53,622 nucleotides of DNA from Chiloscyllium plagiosum. Lineage: Eukaryota. This document shows, in pieces, positions 36,805 through 49,906 of this stretch (position 1 is the first letter of the stretch; every line of letters begins with the position of its first letter). Location: the NCBI RefSeq assembly GCF_004010195.1, contig NC_057719.1:95127190-95180811 (forward strand). The letters run 5' to 3'. The notes under the pieces were generated by a model that did not search any database, was not told the DNA's origin, and saw only the letters and a program-made list of their open reading frames with translations. The position numbers and the translations under genes were made by a program.

Positions 36805-38762
36805 AATTCATCCATGGCATGTGACCATTACTGGCACGGTCAGCATTTATAGCCTGTCCCTAACTGCGCTTGAGAAGTCAGTGGTGACTGACATTGTCAA
36901 CCACTGAACCAACTTAGTAACTAAGCAGTGAGAGAGTGCAGGGAAACCTTATTTCCTCATTTTTCTACTTTGTACCTAAGATTTTATACCTAGGTATCTA
37001 AGATAGTGCCCCGAATAGTTGGGTTGTGTGTTGTGCATCGTATGTTGTGTGTTCCATTGTACTGTATTGTATTGTATTGAGTTGAATTGAATGTCATGTG
37101 TACCGAGGCACATTGAAAAGCTTTGTCTTGTGAGCAATACAGGCAGCTCACCGAGTTAAATAGCATAGATAGTAAATAATAGGTAAACAGCGACAAAAAC
37201 AAAAACACAGGTACAGATGAATGTTAAGAGTTTGTGAGTCCATTCAGTATTCTAACAGTAGGGTAGAAACTGTTTTGAAACCAGCTGGTGCATTGTTCAG
37301 GCTTCTGTACCTTCTCCCCGATGGTAGAGGATGTAGAAAAACATTGCCAAGGTGGGATGGATCTTTGAGAATGCTGGCGGCCTTTCCTTGACAGCGGGCC
37401 TGGTAGATGGATTCTATAGATGGGAGGTTGGCCTTTGTTATTGTCCGGGCCGAGTTCACCACTCTCTGTAACCATCTCTGATCTTGAATGGAACAGTTGC
37501 CATACCAGGTATTGATACATCCAGACAGAATGCTCTCAATGGCACACCTATAAAAGTTGGTAAGGGTATTCACCATCTTGCCCAAATTTCCTCAGCTGCC
37601 TGAGGAAGAAGAGACGTTTTTGGGCCTTTGTAACCAGTGCATCCACTTAAAGAGTCCAAGAAAATTTATTGGGAAAAACCACTCCCGGGAGCTTGACACT
37701 CTGCACTCCTTCCACCTTTGTGCTGTTAATGTGCACGAGGTGGGGTTTGGGTGGGCGGGGGGTGGCAGCAGCATGAGTAACATCCTGCCGAAAATCAATA
37801 ATGAGTTCCTTCATTTTGCCCACATTGAGAGCTAGGTTGTTCTCAGTGCTGTACCCCTGTACTTGACTACATGTAACAATAATAGCTCATTCAAAAATTC
37901 TAAATTTTAACATTATGTTGGAGCACCCCGAATGCGGTTAGAGATGGAGGTTGAGGATTTTGACATACTAACAGTGAATGAGCAGCAAAATACTTTAGCT
38001 AGTAATATATGACTCCAAAGGGAATGTGGAAGTGGTGGTGTTCCTATCAGCCTACTGTCCTTCATCATCCAGCTGGTAGCGTGACAGATTTGGAAAGTAC
38101 TGTTGAAGGAACCTAGGCAAGTTGCTGCAGTTCATCTTTTAGGTGGCACATACATATTGCCACTGAGTGCTAATGGCAAGGGGGAGGGAAATATTTAAAG
38201 TTATAAAAAAATGCATCCAAAACAGTCTGCTTGGTATTGGATCGTACCAATCTCCTTGAATGTTGTTGGAGTTGCACTCATCCAGGCATGTAGGGTATAG
38301 TTTACCATGCTCTCAACTTGTGCCTTGTAGATTGTGGAAGTATTTTAGGGAGTTCTAGGCAGTAGAATTCCAAGCCTCTTGTAGCCACAGGAGTTACATT
38401 TATGGATTATGTTTCATCCAGTTAAGTTCCTGGTTAATGTTAACTCCTATATTGGGGGTGGGCACTGTGATGTTGCAGTGATGGTAAAGTCATTAATTAT
38501 CAAGGAACTTAGTTAGAAGTACTCTAGTTGGAAGTAGATAATGCTTGGGTCTCAGGTACTGTAAATGCTACTTGCCATTTCTCAGCTCAATGTTGTCCAA
38601 CTTGTGCTTCATCCAGGCACAGACTGCTTCACGACCTGAGGAGTCATGAATGGCGCTGCACATTGCACAATCATCAGTAAACATCATCACTTCGGATATT
38701 TCAATGTATGGAAGGTCATTGATGAAGCAGCTAAAGATGGTTTTGTTTAGGACAATACCCTG
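36805..38762 (-). mobile_element. Degenerate L2/Crack-like LINE split by younger insertions
   Basis: 36805-36905 and ~37910-38762 resemble 2838-3560 (CAGCATTTATAGCCTGTCCCT..., TTGCACTCATCCAGGCA..., TGCCTTGTAGAT). Confidence 0.6.
37058..37848 (-). mobile_element. Rex1/Babar-type LINE 3' fragment
   Basis: LTNFYRCAIESILSGCINTWYGNCS...LQRVV...DPSHLGN...LPSGRRYRSL is the characteristic Rex1/Babar ORF2 C-terminus; (CAATA)n tail. Confidence 0.85.
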
Positions 38763-38774
38763 CAGAATTGGAGA

Positions 38775-39380
38775 TCTTGTGGTGCAATGGTAATGACCCT
38801 ACCTCTGAGTCAGGAAATCCATGTTCAAGCCTCACGTGGTTCAGAGGTTTGTAACAACATTCCTGAATGGGTTTATTAGGAAATCATCCCCTTAATTCCA
38901 GGGTAGTTGATCTGGATTTAAGTCTCACCTGTAGCGATGGCTCCACACAGGCAGATTAGCTTCTTTTCATATTCAGAACATCTTTGTTTCTGTGCTGCAA
39001 TGATACTGCCCCTACCTCAAGGCTACCACCTCAGGTTCAAGTTCCACTTCAGGACATATAGTCGAGGGAAAGAGTGTTCAAAATGTGATTCAAAAGAGTG
39101 ATATTCAACTCTGGAATCCTTCCACAGGCTCAAACATCTGCCTGCAAAAGAGCCTTGCAGCACAATGGTAGTGTCCCTAACTTTGGGCCAGAAGGTCCAC
39201 ATTCAAGTTTCAACTCAGGGTGTGATGTTCAAGAAAGTGTGTGATGACACATCCAAATTTCCAGAGTACTGAGTGCTCAAATGGTGCAGTGTTAGTGTCC
39301 CTACCTCTGAACCAGAAAGTCTGGGTTCAAATCACACCTACTATGGAGATGTGATGTGACATAACATGCCCAAACAGGTT
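38775..39380 (+). repeat. Head-to-tail cluster of 4-5 old tRNA-derived SINE heads
   Basis: Related units at ~38778, 38911 (partial), 38991, 39156 and 39282, with A-box-like TGGTGCA(A/G)TGGTA and B-box-like GGTTCAA(G/A)TC. Confidence 0.65.
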
Positions 39381-41514
39381 CACTCAGAATGACTCATGTA
39401 TTTGAGCAGGCAGAAATTGTAGCTTTTGAGGGTGCAAGATATTAAACATGTGATTGTGTACATTAAAGCTTGTAAGTGCACAGAAAACTAAATTGAAGTT
39501 CGAGTCATCATTGTCTTGTTATAGGATTCTAGCATCCAGTATTAAAATTCTAATTTATTCATTGTCATCCCAAAAGTGCCACCTTGATCTTCTAGAGATG
39601 GCTCTCCCTGTTATAATGTAAACTGTTAGATTTCTATTGGCTTGAATGTTCATCATTGTAAGGTTGAATTTCTGGCTTTTGAGTTAGTAAGCAATAGATC
39701 TTTGGTATTTCTGATGTTAATAATTAATTCATAAGTATTTCTATCTGTATTAGATTGTTTTGAGACCCAGTAAGGTAAATAATGAAGCCTCAAAGTTTAT
39801 TAGAGATTTCTGAAACTTGTTTAAAAAAAAGGTAAACACTCAAAGTTGACAGAAGGAGACTTTCAGTTTTCCATTTTTACTTTGAGTGGAGCAGTCCTAT
39901 AACATGCTTGGAATAGGATGGCTATATTGACTATACATCAACAGAAATACACATGCATACAAATGAAAACTGGAATCCATAAGAAATAAGATTAGGAATG
40001 TTGAGGACATCTTTGGAAAAATCAAAAAAGCAGAGAATTGAAGAAAGTAGTAAAGACCATTCAAGGGTGACAAGTGTCTATGCTGTCCAACAACTCCAAC
40101 ATATATTGTCTAATACCATACATTGTTTTATTTCATTAGGAACTGTGTTACTTTAAGAGCTGATATGCTAATGAGTCAAAAACCAGGATGAAGCTACTTT
40201 GCCAACTGTCATATACAGTCCAATTGAAACAACCCACCAGAGAATGCACATGTAGGATCTGTAACTACAAATTCTAGTCTGAGCTGACAAATAAACCTTA
40301 TGAGATTTTCAAATAAACCTAGTAGACCCTACATATTCAGTGTACTTATCAAGAAATATGGCATGGTGATCAGAATGGGAATTTGTTTTTGTGATAAAGC
40401 AGTGATACAGGCTGGAAAGCCACAGGAGAATGTCTCACACAAGACTCTGGAGGCAGTGTACACATTACATTTACTAGAAAAAACTAATGACTACAGGAGC
40501 TGTGAATACTGAATGCCTGACCCTGATCAGTGAGGGACTCAGTTCCTGACTGGAGTGCAGAAGCTGGAGGGTTATCAAGTAAAACTGGGTGTGATTCTGG
40601 TGCAGAAATGATAATGGGTGTTCGGGAAAAAAAAAACTTGAGCTGCAAATGTAAACAGCACAGGCCAGAATTCTTTATTTTAAAAAAAGCGAAAGAAACA
40701 GTAGCTGAATTGCTAAATCTCCAAAAAAAGCAACCTTTTCACAGCAAGTATGTTATAAATGTCATGGACACAAACAGCATCAATGGAAAAAGATGGGGAA
40801 CATCAGAAACATGATGACCAAATTCTGAGCACAAATTGGAAGATCAAGTTTCATACTGAATCCACTGACACATTGGGAAATAGAGCTAGGAAGTGAGTGG
40901 ATTTCCCAATGGGTCGATCATGAGCCTGTTTAAATGGGAAAGCTCTTCTTGAATTCTGTTTTGTCAGGCTTTGCCAAATAATTAGAAAAGAAAGTAATAG
41001 AGATCAGTCACAGTCAGGTCCGTACCTCATTGTTTGCCTTTTCAGAAGTCACAATTCAGTAGGTCAAGGTGAGGAGGCAAGTTCTCCAACTAGGAAGGAG
41101 GTTCTGAGACCCCGCAGTTCCACAAGGAATGGAGAGTCTGACAGATCTGGCAGTATTTCCCAACAACCTGTAAGCAGTGCGTGAAATGCATCGTTTCCCC
41201 AGCTCTCCCAACAGTCTTTTTTAATTCCCAACATGTTCAGCAATTTCTTCCTTTCCATTCACCAGGATAAAATCAAGTTATGTACATCTTTGTTTCACCA
41301 CAAAGAATTGCTACCCTTTTTTTTTGCCTCCCTCTCGGGCATAACCAAGAATCATTCTCTTCTCATGTTCTGATCTTTACACAATCATCAACTTTTTTCA
41401 TGGCTCATTCCTTCCATACTAAACATAAATGTTTTGCATTGAATACCACCCCAACTGATTGCCTCTTGCTTTTTTGTTCTCAGTATCTCTAAAACAAGCA
41501 CAAGACCTACATGC

Positions 41515-41690
41515 TATAAGACTATAAGACCGAAATAAATAGGAACAGCAGTAGGCCATTCGGCCCCTGCAGTCTGCTCTGCCATTCAACAGGAACATGG
41601 CTGATCGGATATTCCTCACATCCGTTTTCCTGCCATTTCCCCATAACCCTTGATTCCCCAACTGCTTAAGAATCTATCTATCTCAGCCTA
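41515..41690 (-). mobile_element. CR1 3' UTR remnant
   Basis: TATAAGACTATAAGAC tail followed by AGGAACAGCAGTAGGCCATTCGGCCC...CTGCTCTGCCATTCAA. Confidence 0.75.
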
Positions 41691-41851
41691 AACCCGTACA
41701 TTACAACTCTCCCCATGAGGCACTATGAACTATTATTGTCCTCTTTGCGGGACACACACAGAAGGTAATGAAGCAACACCAACCTTAAGCTGCTGGTGGT
41801 GCTGCAGCAGGGAGCAGTGCCAACCAATGAAACTGCTCAGAGCTGTTGTGT

Positions 41852-41947
41852 AAAAAACAGAAAACTCAGAAAAGTGCAGCAGGTCTAGTAGCATCTCTGA
41901 CGAGAAATCAGAGTTAATATTTCAAGTCTGGTGACACTTCCTCAGAA
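41852..41947 (-). mobile_element. Penelope-derived terminus, family B (decayed)
   Basis: Reverse strand TTCTGAGGAAGTGTCACCAGACTTGAAATATTAACTCTG... Confidence 0.72.
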
Positions 41948-41949
41948 TG

Positions 41950-42575
41950 GATGTCAGAGATAGCATAAGTGCAATCATGCAGGATTAGCTGGCTAATAGA
42001 AATGTGACAGTGGGTATAAGAGGGTCTTTTACACATTGGCAGAATGTAACAAATGGTGATCTTGCTGAGATCAAAACTAGGACCTCAGCTGCTTATAAAT
42101 GGGAAAGGACTTAGATAGAGGGATGGAACGTATCGTTGTCAAATTTGCAGATACAATGACAATTAGGAAAATGATTTGGACGGGACACAAGGATGTAACA
42201 AAAATATATTGATAGGTTACATGAGTAGGCAAATGCAATGGATAATTTGTGTACTGGGGAAATGTTTGACAGGCAAGGCTTATAAATGTTGGAGTTCAGA
42301 AGAGTACGAGGCGATTCGATTGAAATATGTGAGATTCTGAAGGTCTTGACAGGGTAGATGTGGAGAGGATTATGGGAGAATCTAGAACCAGGGCTCATTG
42401 TTCAGAAGTCCAAAGGACAATGAATAGTTTTAAGACAGAGGTAAATAGATTCTTCTTAATCAAGGGGTTGAAAGCTTAACATGTGTAATTGGGAATGTAG
42501 ATCTGAAATTGCAATCAAATTGGCCATAATCCTATTGAAGCTAAATAGCCTACTCCTGCTCCTGATTTGCATGTT
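41950..42575 (+). mobile_element. Old, deleted CR1 LINE 3' fragment
   Basis: GTCAAATTTGCAGAT (KFAD), a GDSIEICEILKVL-like segment and CR1 3' UTR remnant TAGCCTACTCCTGCTCCTG. Confidence 0.62.
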
Positions 42576-42929
42576 CAGCTGCTAAACAAGAAGCAAAGGA
42601 GGAGCTTGGAGGTGCTTTGGAAAATGCTCCAATTGCAATGGCATACAGACTACAATGACTTACTTTGCTGCTGGTGTTTGTGAAGCCAATTCCACGAGCT
42701 CTTATTTAGCAGAATTTCTGATGCAATGAACTTCTGATTAACCCTGTTACAATTAGATATTGCATCATCACACCCTTGTGGGTTTGCCAACATTCCAGGA
42801 TTGACCTGCAGTCTCAATGAACTGAGGATCTTTCTCCAGGATAATGCAAAGTGCAACCATGGAGAAAAGTCCCAGGGACATTAATAAAGATTGCATCTTT
42901 TGGTATCTTCTTTGAAAAATGTCCTTATT

Positions 42930-43260
42930 TATTTGATTGACAGTCTAGCATTATCTAATTTGGAAATAATTTTGCTTTCTAATTGGAGTGGGAGGGCAGT
43001 CTGTCACAAGGATGGATGTGTTGGTCAACTAATGCCTAAAGATAAAGAAGACATGTGATGAATAGCAACCCAGTTGAATTTATTAATAAGGAACAATCAT
43101 TGTTTATAACTAATCCACAATCAAAAAGAATTCTATAGATTATCAGTCCCTGGCTGTTTTTGGCAGCAATGGGGCAGTAAATAATACTTTCCAATGTTCT
43201 CTGCTTGCCTGTCACCTTGTTGATTGACAGACATGGGTAAAATCAGAACCATTGTTTTGA
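42930..43260. promoter_or_regulatory. Candidate developmental enhancer (Pbx-Meis/Prep and Sox motif cluster)
   Basis: TGATTGACAG at 42934-42943 and 43221-43230; CTGTCA at 43001 and 43209; palindromic AACAATCATTGTT at 43092-43104; no repeats recognised nearby. Confidence 0.45.
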
Positions 43261-44619
43261 AAGGACTGGGCTGTTATAATATCAAGTTTAATGGATCTGT
43301 TGTTTTCAGGGCAGAATTTTAATTGTTTGAAATAGGTACATTCTATGATTAGTTAGAAATGATTAACAAGACATCTTGAAATTAGTTAGTAACCAAGCAT
43401 TTTTCTTAATTTTATTTCAATTTCAGATAGATACTATTCGATTTATAGATGCTATTTTTTCATTGGTGGATTCCACCATCAAGAATTGTAGTTTGTTTTC
43501 GTTTTAAGGATGCAATACTTAAGTCACATGAAGGCAAAAACAACACAAACTTTAATTTCTAATAGTCACATTTCTTTTTTAAGGATTTTATATCTGGAGA
43601 AATAGATTTATTTTATTATTTAACATACATTTTCCAATATTGCACATATCTTAAAAGCAAACCTAACTCAGAAACAAGGGGACATAAAACTTACTTAAAA
43701 CAATTATATAGATCAATATCAGTATGAACATTTTTAGCTTGAGCTGTGTTGTACTGAAAGTTAAGATTAGTTTGCCAATCCTAAAATACCTAGGACTGTA
43801 ATCACTCATACATTGGGTGTAAATAATCCTCAAAGACTACTATTTGCAACATGATGAGTCCCATGAAGATCAAGACACACTTTGGCATAATTATTAAGCT
43901 AGTTATTTTGAATTTGCAATAAAAGAGGCATCAGTCTATGACTTTAAATGACTATTCTTTTCCACTGATTATATAAAAAGATTTGAAATATTTCAAAATC
44001 AGTTCACATTTTGGTGCATAAATCCATTGTGAAATTATATTATTTTATTATATCATTAATGTGTCATATTGGGTTAATTTATTAATTTATACATTTCTAT
44101 CAAACAAATTATAATTAAGTTATTATTATGTATTGAGCTCATAAAATGTTAATTCCAACCTCAATAAAACCTTGTCATTAAATTATCTTTGTTATATAGC
44201 TAAAATTTTGCTAAAATGCATTTGACTCATCTTAAGTATTTTACTTTTACTAGACAGACATTTTTTAAACATTACGTAAAATCTTTGCTGGTCATTCAAA
44301 GTCTTTTGCTCCTGCTGAACATCATGAATTTTCTTTTAAGTTGGAGTCAGCAAGCCCCATAACCTGTGCAATTCTTGCTCGTTTCTCACAACTGGTTTTC
44401 ATACGGCCTTAACAGCCATCTTGTTAATGTTCAGGTTCAGTGATCTTGTGCCCTTAACCTGTTCATACTAAAGTAGGCACAGACAAACTTTGTGGCAGCT
44501 GCGAACTCAAGTTAGAAGGCATGGAGCCTAGTCCTAAAATTGCTGCGATGGGGCTCAGCAGGAAGCCTAAGTTAGTAGGAAGCCTGCACCATTTAATATT
44601 AGCCTGTACCTCAAGGATA

Positions 44620-44717
44620 ACCTTCATGATGAAGGGCTTATGCCCAAAATGTCGACTCTCATGCTCCTCAGATGCTGCCTGACTTGCTGTGCTTTTCTAG
44701 CACCACACATTTTGACT
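44620..44717 (+). mobile_element. Penelope-derived mini-insertion, family A, 16-bp TSD
   Basis: TTCATGATGAAGGGCTTATGCCCAAAATGTCGACT...; TSD CTGTACCTCAAGGATA at 44604-44619 and 44718-44733. Confidence 0.85.
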
Positions 44718-45249
44718 CTGTACCTCAAGGATATAAGTGCAGTTTGATTACAGCAGCTCCTCAGATAATTGGGCAAGAGTTTCTGAGCAGAAAGCGGAGG
44801 AGCAAAGATGAAACAAGCCAAAGCGTGGTTCCAAGGATACAGTGCTGTGGGCCTTGGTATAGGAAAGGGACAGGAAGTGAGCTGTCCTCTTCTCTCAGGA
44901 CGTAGAAGACACTGAACACCGCCATTATGAGGACTGTGGATATAGATAGCTGTCACAATCAAGGTCACCAATTCATCAACAAAGGTCTTGATGCATGACC
45001 TCACATCAATGGTTAAGGTCAGCAAATAGCTTAGAATTAAACAGTATCACCTTCAACCATCCACGAATAGTTTCTATTAAACATGACTCATGCTTAATAT
45101 TTATAGTGTCACTTCAACCTTACGTACATAACACCCATGTGTCACAGCATACAAACATGATCAGCTATTCTATTGAGGTAGGCACATCACCCAAACACAC
45201 TGAATCACACTCACTAATCTACCTTCGCTAAAAAGTCAAAAAGGTCATA

Positions 45250-45717
45250 CAGTCATAGAGATGTACAGCACAGAAACAGAACCTCAGTTCAATTTGTCCA
45301 TGCTGACCAGACATCCTAAATTAATCTAGTTACATTTTCCAGCATTTGGTCCATATCCCTCCAAATCCTTCCTATTCATATATCCATCCAGATACCTCTT
45401 AAATGAATTGCACCAATCTCCACCACTTCCTCTGGCAGCTCATTCTATCCACACACCACCCTCTGTGTGAAAAAGTTGCCCCTTAGGTTCCTTTTAAATC
45501 TTTTCCTTCTCACCCTAAACCTATGCCCTTTATTTTATTCCTGTGGAAAGGACCCTGTCTATTTATCCTATCCATGCCCCTCATGATTTTATAAACCTCT
45601 ATAAGGTCACCCCCAGCTTCCGATGCTCCAGTGAAAAGAGCCCCAGTCTATTCAGACTATCCCCATAGCTCAAAACCTCCAACCCTGGCAACATCCTGGT
45701 AAATCTTTTGTGAACCC
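45250..45717 (-). mobile_element. CR1 LINE 3' end
   Basis: Reverse complement of the same 3' region as 11220-11698. Confidence 0.85.
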
Positions 45718-45849
45718 AAAGCAGGAAGAACTCCCTGTGATGGGGACAGGCACAATTTTAATATCAACGTCTCAGTGGACGAGGGGAGAGTGTTGTGATG
45801 ACTCAAGCCTAGGTTAATAGTAGTGCTGAACCCACAGTGGATGATAGTA

Positions 45850-46863
45850 TGTGTGATAAGGAGAAAATAACATCTTAAAGCAACAGCATTTTTTTTAAAG
45901 GCAGGTTTTAAGTCAGAGGGCCAAGCTTCTATTTGGCAAGCCAGTAAACAGCTTGTGAGGCCTTTGGTATTTTTTTCTTTAAAGGTTGGAACAATAGAAA
46001 CAGTTTGGATTTGTGCAGGGAGCTTTCACAGACCAGAAGTTTTAGGTTTTTTTTGGTTTTTAGGTTTAGCTTTAAGCAGTTGCTGTTGGGTCTCATCAGT
46101 GCAGCAGATGCTAGAATTTTGAAAAAGTAGAAGTTATCTTTCCCCTCTCTCAGCTGGAAGCTGGGATTTTTCTCTCTGCTGCTGGATTGGTGAGACAAAT
46201 CTATTTTCTGAATTTGTGTTTTTGCCAAGGGATGTGTTTATGGGACGTTACTATATTGAAACAGTTAATTAGTAATAGTTACTGTACCTATTAAGTTTTC
46301 CAATAGGGTTAAGTTATTCAAAATTATTCTTTCTTTTGTTGTATTTTAACTGTAGTCTTTAAATGAACTGTGTTTTGCTTAAGGCAAAAGTGAGGACTGC
46401 AGATGCTGGAAACCAGATTCTAGATTAGAGTGGTGCTGAACAAACACAGCAGATCAGGCACTACCCGGGGAGCAGGAAAATCAACATTTCGGGCAGGAGC
46501 CCTTCATCAGGAATAATCTTGTCTGTGTTTTGCTTAAGGTCATGTATAGTCTGTTCTGATACAACACAATGGTTCTGTTCTTGTGCGTTATAAGAAACCT
46601 GTGCAATAGCCAAACCATTTAAATTAATGGGGCCAGAATCGCATTTTAGCAAATGCAGATAAGGAAAGTGCGCAATCTATAAATAATGGTCTAAATTCTT
46701 CAATCACATTAAAGTCAATTCATGTTGAAGAAACACATGTTATTGCAGAACCAACTGTAGTTTGACCAGTTGCACTGCATCTGGGACATGACACGTTACA
46801 TTAAAATAAGAGTCTAGGCAACCTTCTTAAAATATTTTGAGGGAGTCTAGTTTGATCCATAAC
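45850..46863 (+). mobile_element. Probable long solo LTR with internal insertions
   Basis: Starts near TGTGATAAG and ends ...GATCCATAAC; T-rich LTR-like composition; hosts a family A mini-element. Recognised by general resemblance only. Confidence 0.35.
46385..46522 (-). mobile_element. Penelope-derived mini-insertion, family A, 17-bp TSD
   Basis: Minus strand ATTC-CTGATGA-A-GGGC-TCCT-GCCC-GAAATGTTGATT; TSD CTGTGTTTTGCTTAAGG at 46368-46384 and 46523-46539. Confidence 0.87.
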
Positions 46864-47524
46864 TAGTGACAGTATTTTTGGATTTCTTTATCACAGATCC
46901 TGCGGAAGAGAATTGTTGGTCATGTTCAATTCAGAAATTGAGAAGCTGTCTAGAGGTTAGTGACATAGGAACATCAGAACAGGAGGAGGTCATTCAGCCT
47001 CTCAATTCTGTTCAACTATTCAATGAGATCATGGCTGATGTGCCGTAACTCCATCTACCTGCCTTTGGCACATATCTCATAATACATTTCTAACAAAAAT
47101 TATCTATTTCAGATTTAAAATTAACAACTGGCCCAGCATCCACAGCTGTTTGTGGAAAAGAGTTCCAATCTTCTCACACCCTTTGTGTGAAGTTCTTCTT
47201 AACATCTCTCCTGAACCTACTCTAATTCTAGAATCCCCAACTAGTGGGAATAGTTTATCTTTGTCCACCCTGTCTTTTCCTGATAATATCTTGAAGACTT
47301 CAATCAGATCACTCATTAATCTTCAAAATGCTAGAGAAAACAGGCCTAATTTGTATAATCTCTTCTCATGTTGCAACCCCTGAAGTCCAAGTATCATTCT
47401 TGTAACTTTATGTTGTACTCTTTCCAAAAGCCAATATATCCTTCCTAAGGTATGGTGCTCAGGTCAGCTTTCTGTGGAGTCTAAACATGTTTTTGTCTAA
47501 TTGCAGCATAACGTCAGTATCAAT

Positions 47525-47697
47525 GAAAAACGAAAAGAACTGCAGATGCTGTAAATCAGAAACAAAGCAGAAATTGCTGGAAAAACTCAGCAGGTCTGAC
47601 AGCATCTGTGGAGAGAAACCAGAGTTAATGTTTTGGGTACAGTGACCCTTCTTCAGACTGAGTTCTGAGGTTTTCCAGCAATTTCTGTTTTTGTTCA
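47525..47697. mobile_element. Penelope-derived inverted unit, family B
   Basis: Minus arm 47525-47657 (CTGAAGAAGGGTCACTGTACCCAAAACATTAACTCTG) joined to a deleted plus arm starting AGTTCTGAGG. Confidence 0.78.
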
Positions 47698-47986
47698 TAA
47701 CTTCTGCATCCTTGTATTCCTAATTCTAGATGTAAAGGCCAGTATTCCATTAGCTTCCCTGATTATTTTCGATACCTGTTTGAGACATTTTAAAGGTCTA
47801 TTCACCTGAAGCCCCAAGTCTCTTTGGATGTCCATTGTATTTAACTTCACACCATCTAGCAAGTACCCTAACCGTTGCTGTCTTTGTCCACTATAGATAA
47901 CTTCATGCTCGCTTATCTTCCACAGTTTTGTCCATTCACCCAGTCTATCAATATCCTGTTGTAGTTTTAGTATATCACCTACACTG

Positions 47987-48184
47987 GATCAGTGGTGCTG
48001 GAAGAGCACAGCAATTCAGGCAGCATCCAACGAGCAGCAAAATTGATGTTTCGGGCAAAAGCCCTTCATCAGGATTCGTTGATTTCGCTGCTCGTTGGAT
48101 GCTGCCTGAATTGCTGTGCTCTTCCAGCACCACTAATCCAGAATCTGGTTTCCAGCATCTGCAGTTATTGTTTTTACCTCGTTG
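47987..48184. mobile_element. Penelope-derived inverted mini-element, family A variant, 15-bp TSD
   Basis: Long inverted arms; minus CTGATGA-A-GGGC-TTTT-GCCC-GAAACATC; TSD ATATCACCTACACTG at 47972-47986 and 48185-48199. Confidence 0.88.
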
Positions 48185-48859
48185 ATATCACCTACACTGT
48201 CTACAATGCTGCCAAACTAGTTTTTAATGTTTCCATTTATTATTGTACCCTACCTTCTCATATCAAATTTGGCAAAAGATGTCTTCCCCCATCCTAGGGC
48301 CAATGTTGAGGTGGCTTGCAATGGCCCAGAATGGCAGTATTGGCACAGTGGCGCGGTCTCCTGGTGTGGCAGTTGTATCCAGGAGAGGTGGGGTCAACCT
48401 GGCGTGGAGCTCTCATCTCGACCCAGGTGGACAGTTTCAGCCCAGTTTTCCAGCTTAGCCTGAACTGTAAAGAACTACTTTTTTTTCTTCTTCGGTATGA
48501 CTTCTGTCATTAATTTAGGGACTGTGGTATAGAGACTTATCAAATTTTTCACCTTTATTGAAAAACTACACGTGACAATAAATAGCTATTCTATTCTAAC
48601 TTTGTCATCGTGGTTCTGCAAGTGATACGCAGATGGCGTAAGAAAGTGGCTTCAAATTAGCTGATCAGCCAGGATTAAAGTGAATGTTGGAGGAAGCTGA
48701 ATGACCTAAACAGCTTACTCACATTTATACCGAAACTACATTCTCAATTCTATTCCCTACATCCAATAATCTCTACCTACCCTTGTGCCTTCCTCCTTAC
48801 AGATACCCAGGAATTTTCAGCTGGTGAAGAACTGGTGTGGGAATATGAAGTCAAAGAGA

Positions 48860-49440
48860 ATAAAAATACTGCGGTGAGTATCTCACCTCCTGACCCCCCA
48901 AAGCCTGTCCACCATTTACAAGGCACAAGTCAGGAGTGTGATGGAATACTCCCCACTTGCCTGGATGGGTACAGATCCCAAAACACTCAAGGAACTTGAC
49001 ACCATCCACCACAATGTAGCTCGCTTGATTGGCACCACATCCACAAATATCCACTCCCTATACCACCGGCTCTCAGTAGCAGCAGTGTGTACCATCTACA
49101 AGATGCACTGCAGAAATTCACCAAAGATCCTCAGACAGCATGTCCAAACCTAAGAGCACTTCCATCTAGGAAGACAAAGGCAGCAGATACTCAGGAACAC
49201 CACCCCCCCCTGCAAGATCCCCCTCCAAGTCACTCACCATCCTGACATGGAAATATATTGCCATTCCGTCATTGTTGCTTGGTCAAAATCCTGGAATTTC
49301 CTCCATAAGGACATTGTGGGTCAATCTACAACAGGTGGACTGCAGCAGATCAGGAAGGCAACTCACCACCACCTTCTCAAAGCAACTAGCAACAGGCAAC
49401 AAATGCTGGCCAGTCAGCAATCTTCACATCACACAAATAA
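48860..49440 (+). mobile_element. L2/Crack-like (CR1 superclade) LINE 3' fragment
   Basis: SLSTIYKAQVRSVMEYSPLAWMG...ELDTIHHNVARLIG...SLYHRLSVAAVCTIYKMHC followed by 3' UTR. Confidence 0.78.
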
Positions 49441-49906
49441 GTTTTAAAAGTACTCTAGAGTTTAGCATTAAAGGGGTGATTCAGTCATGAGCTGGCTGCA
49501 TTCAGATAAAAGATAATATGCATGCCAGCTTTCTAAGATTTGAAGTAGCACATGATTTCTGCTTCAAAGGACACAAGTGAAAACGCCAATGAGATGTTGC
49601 AAAAACAGTGAAGATGATACAAATAAAACTACTTTGTGCATTGCCAGGTTGGAAAGGAAACCTGCGAACATGAAGGTTAAAGTTGCCCTGCTCCAGTTTG
49701 GCCCTCAGAACTTGGGGCCTCTTATTTCCAGGGTGTAAATGACACAAGCTGACTTGACCATGAATCAGCATCTACAGGCTGATGCCTCAGTCTCCACTGC
49801 AACATAAACAGAAGGCACCCAGTGTCTAAATGTAACAGCAGAAGTTCAGATTAGAGACTGTAGATGTGAAAACACTGAGTATTGCCGTCATTAATTACTT
49901 TGACAT

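Larger units (their letters stand above)
46964..48230 (-). mobile_element. CR1 LINE 3' fragment with two nested PLE mini-elements
   Basis: Minus peptide SDLIEVFKILSGKDRVDKDKLFPLVGDSRIR; CR1 tail at ~46964. Confidence 0.8.
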
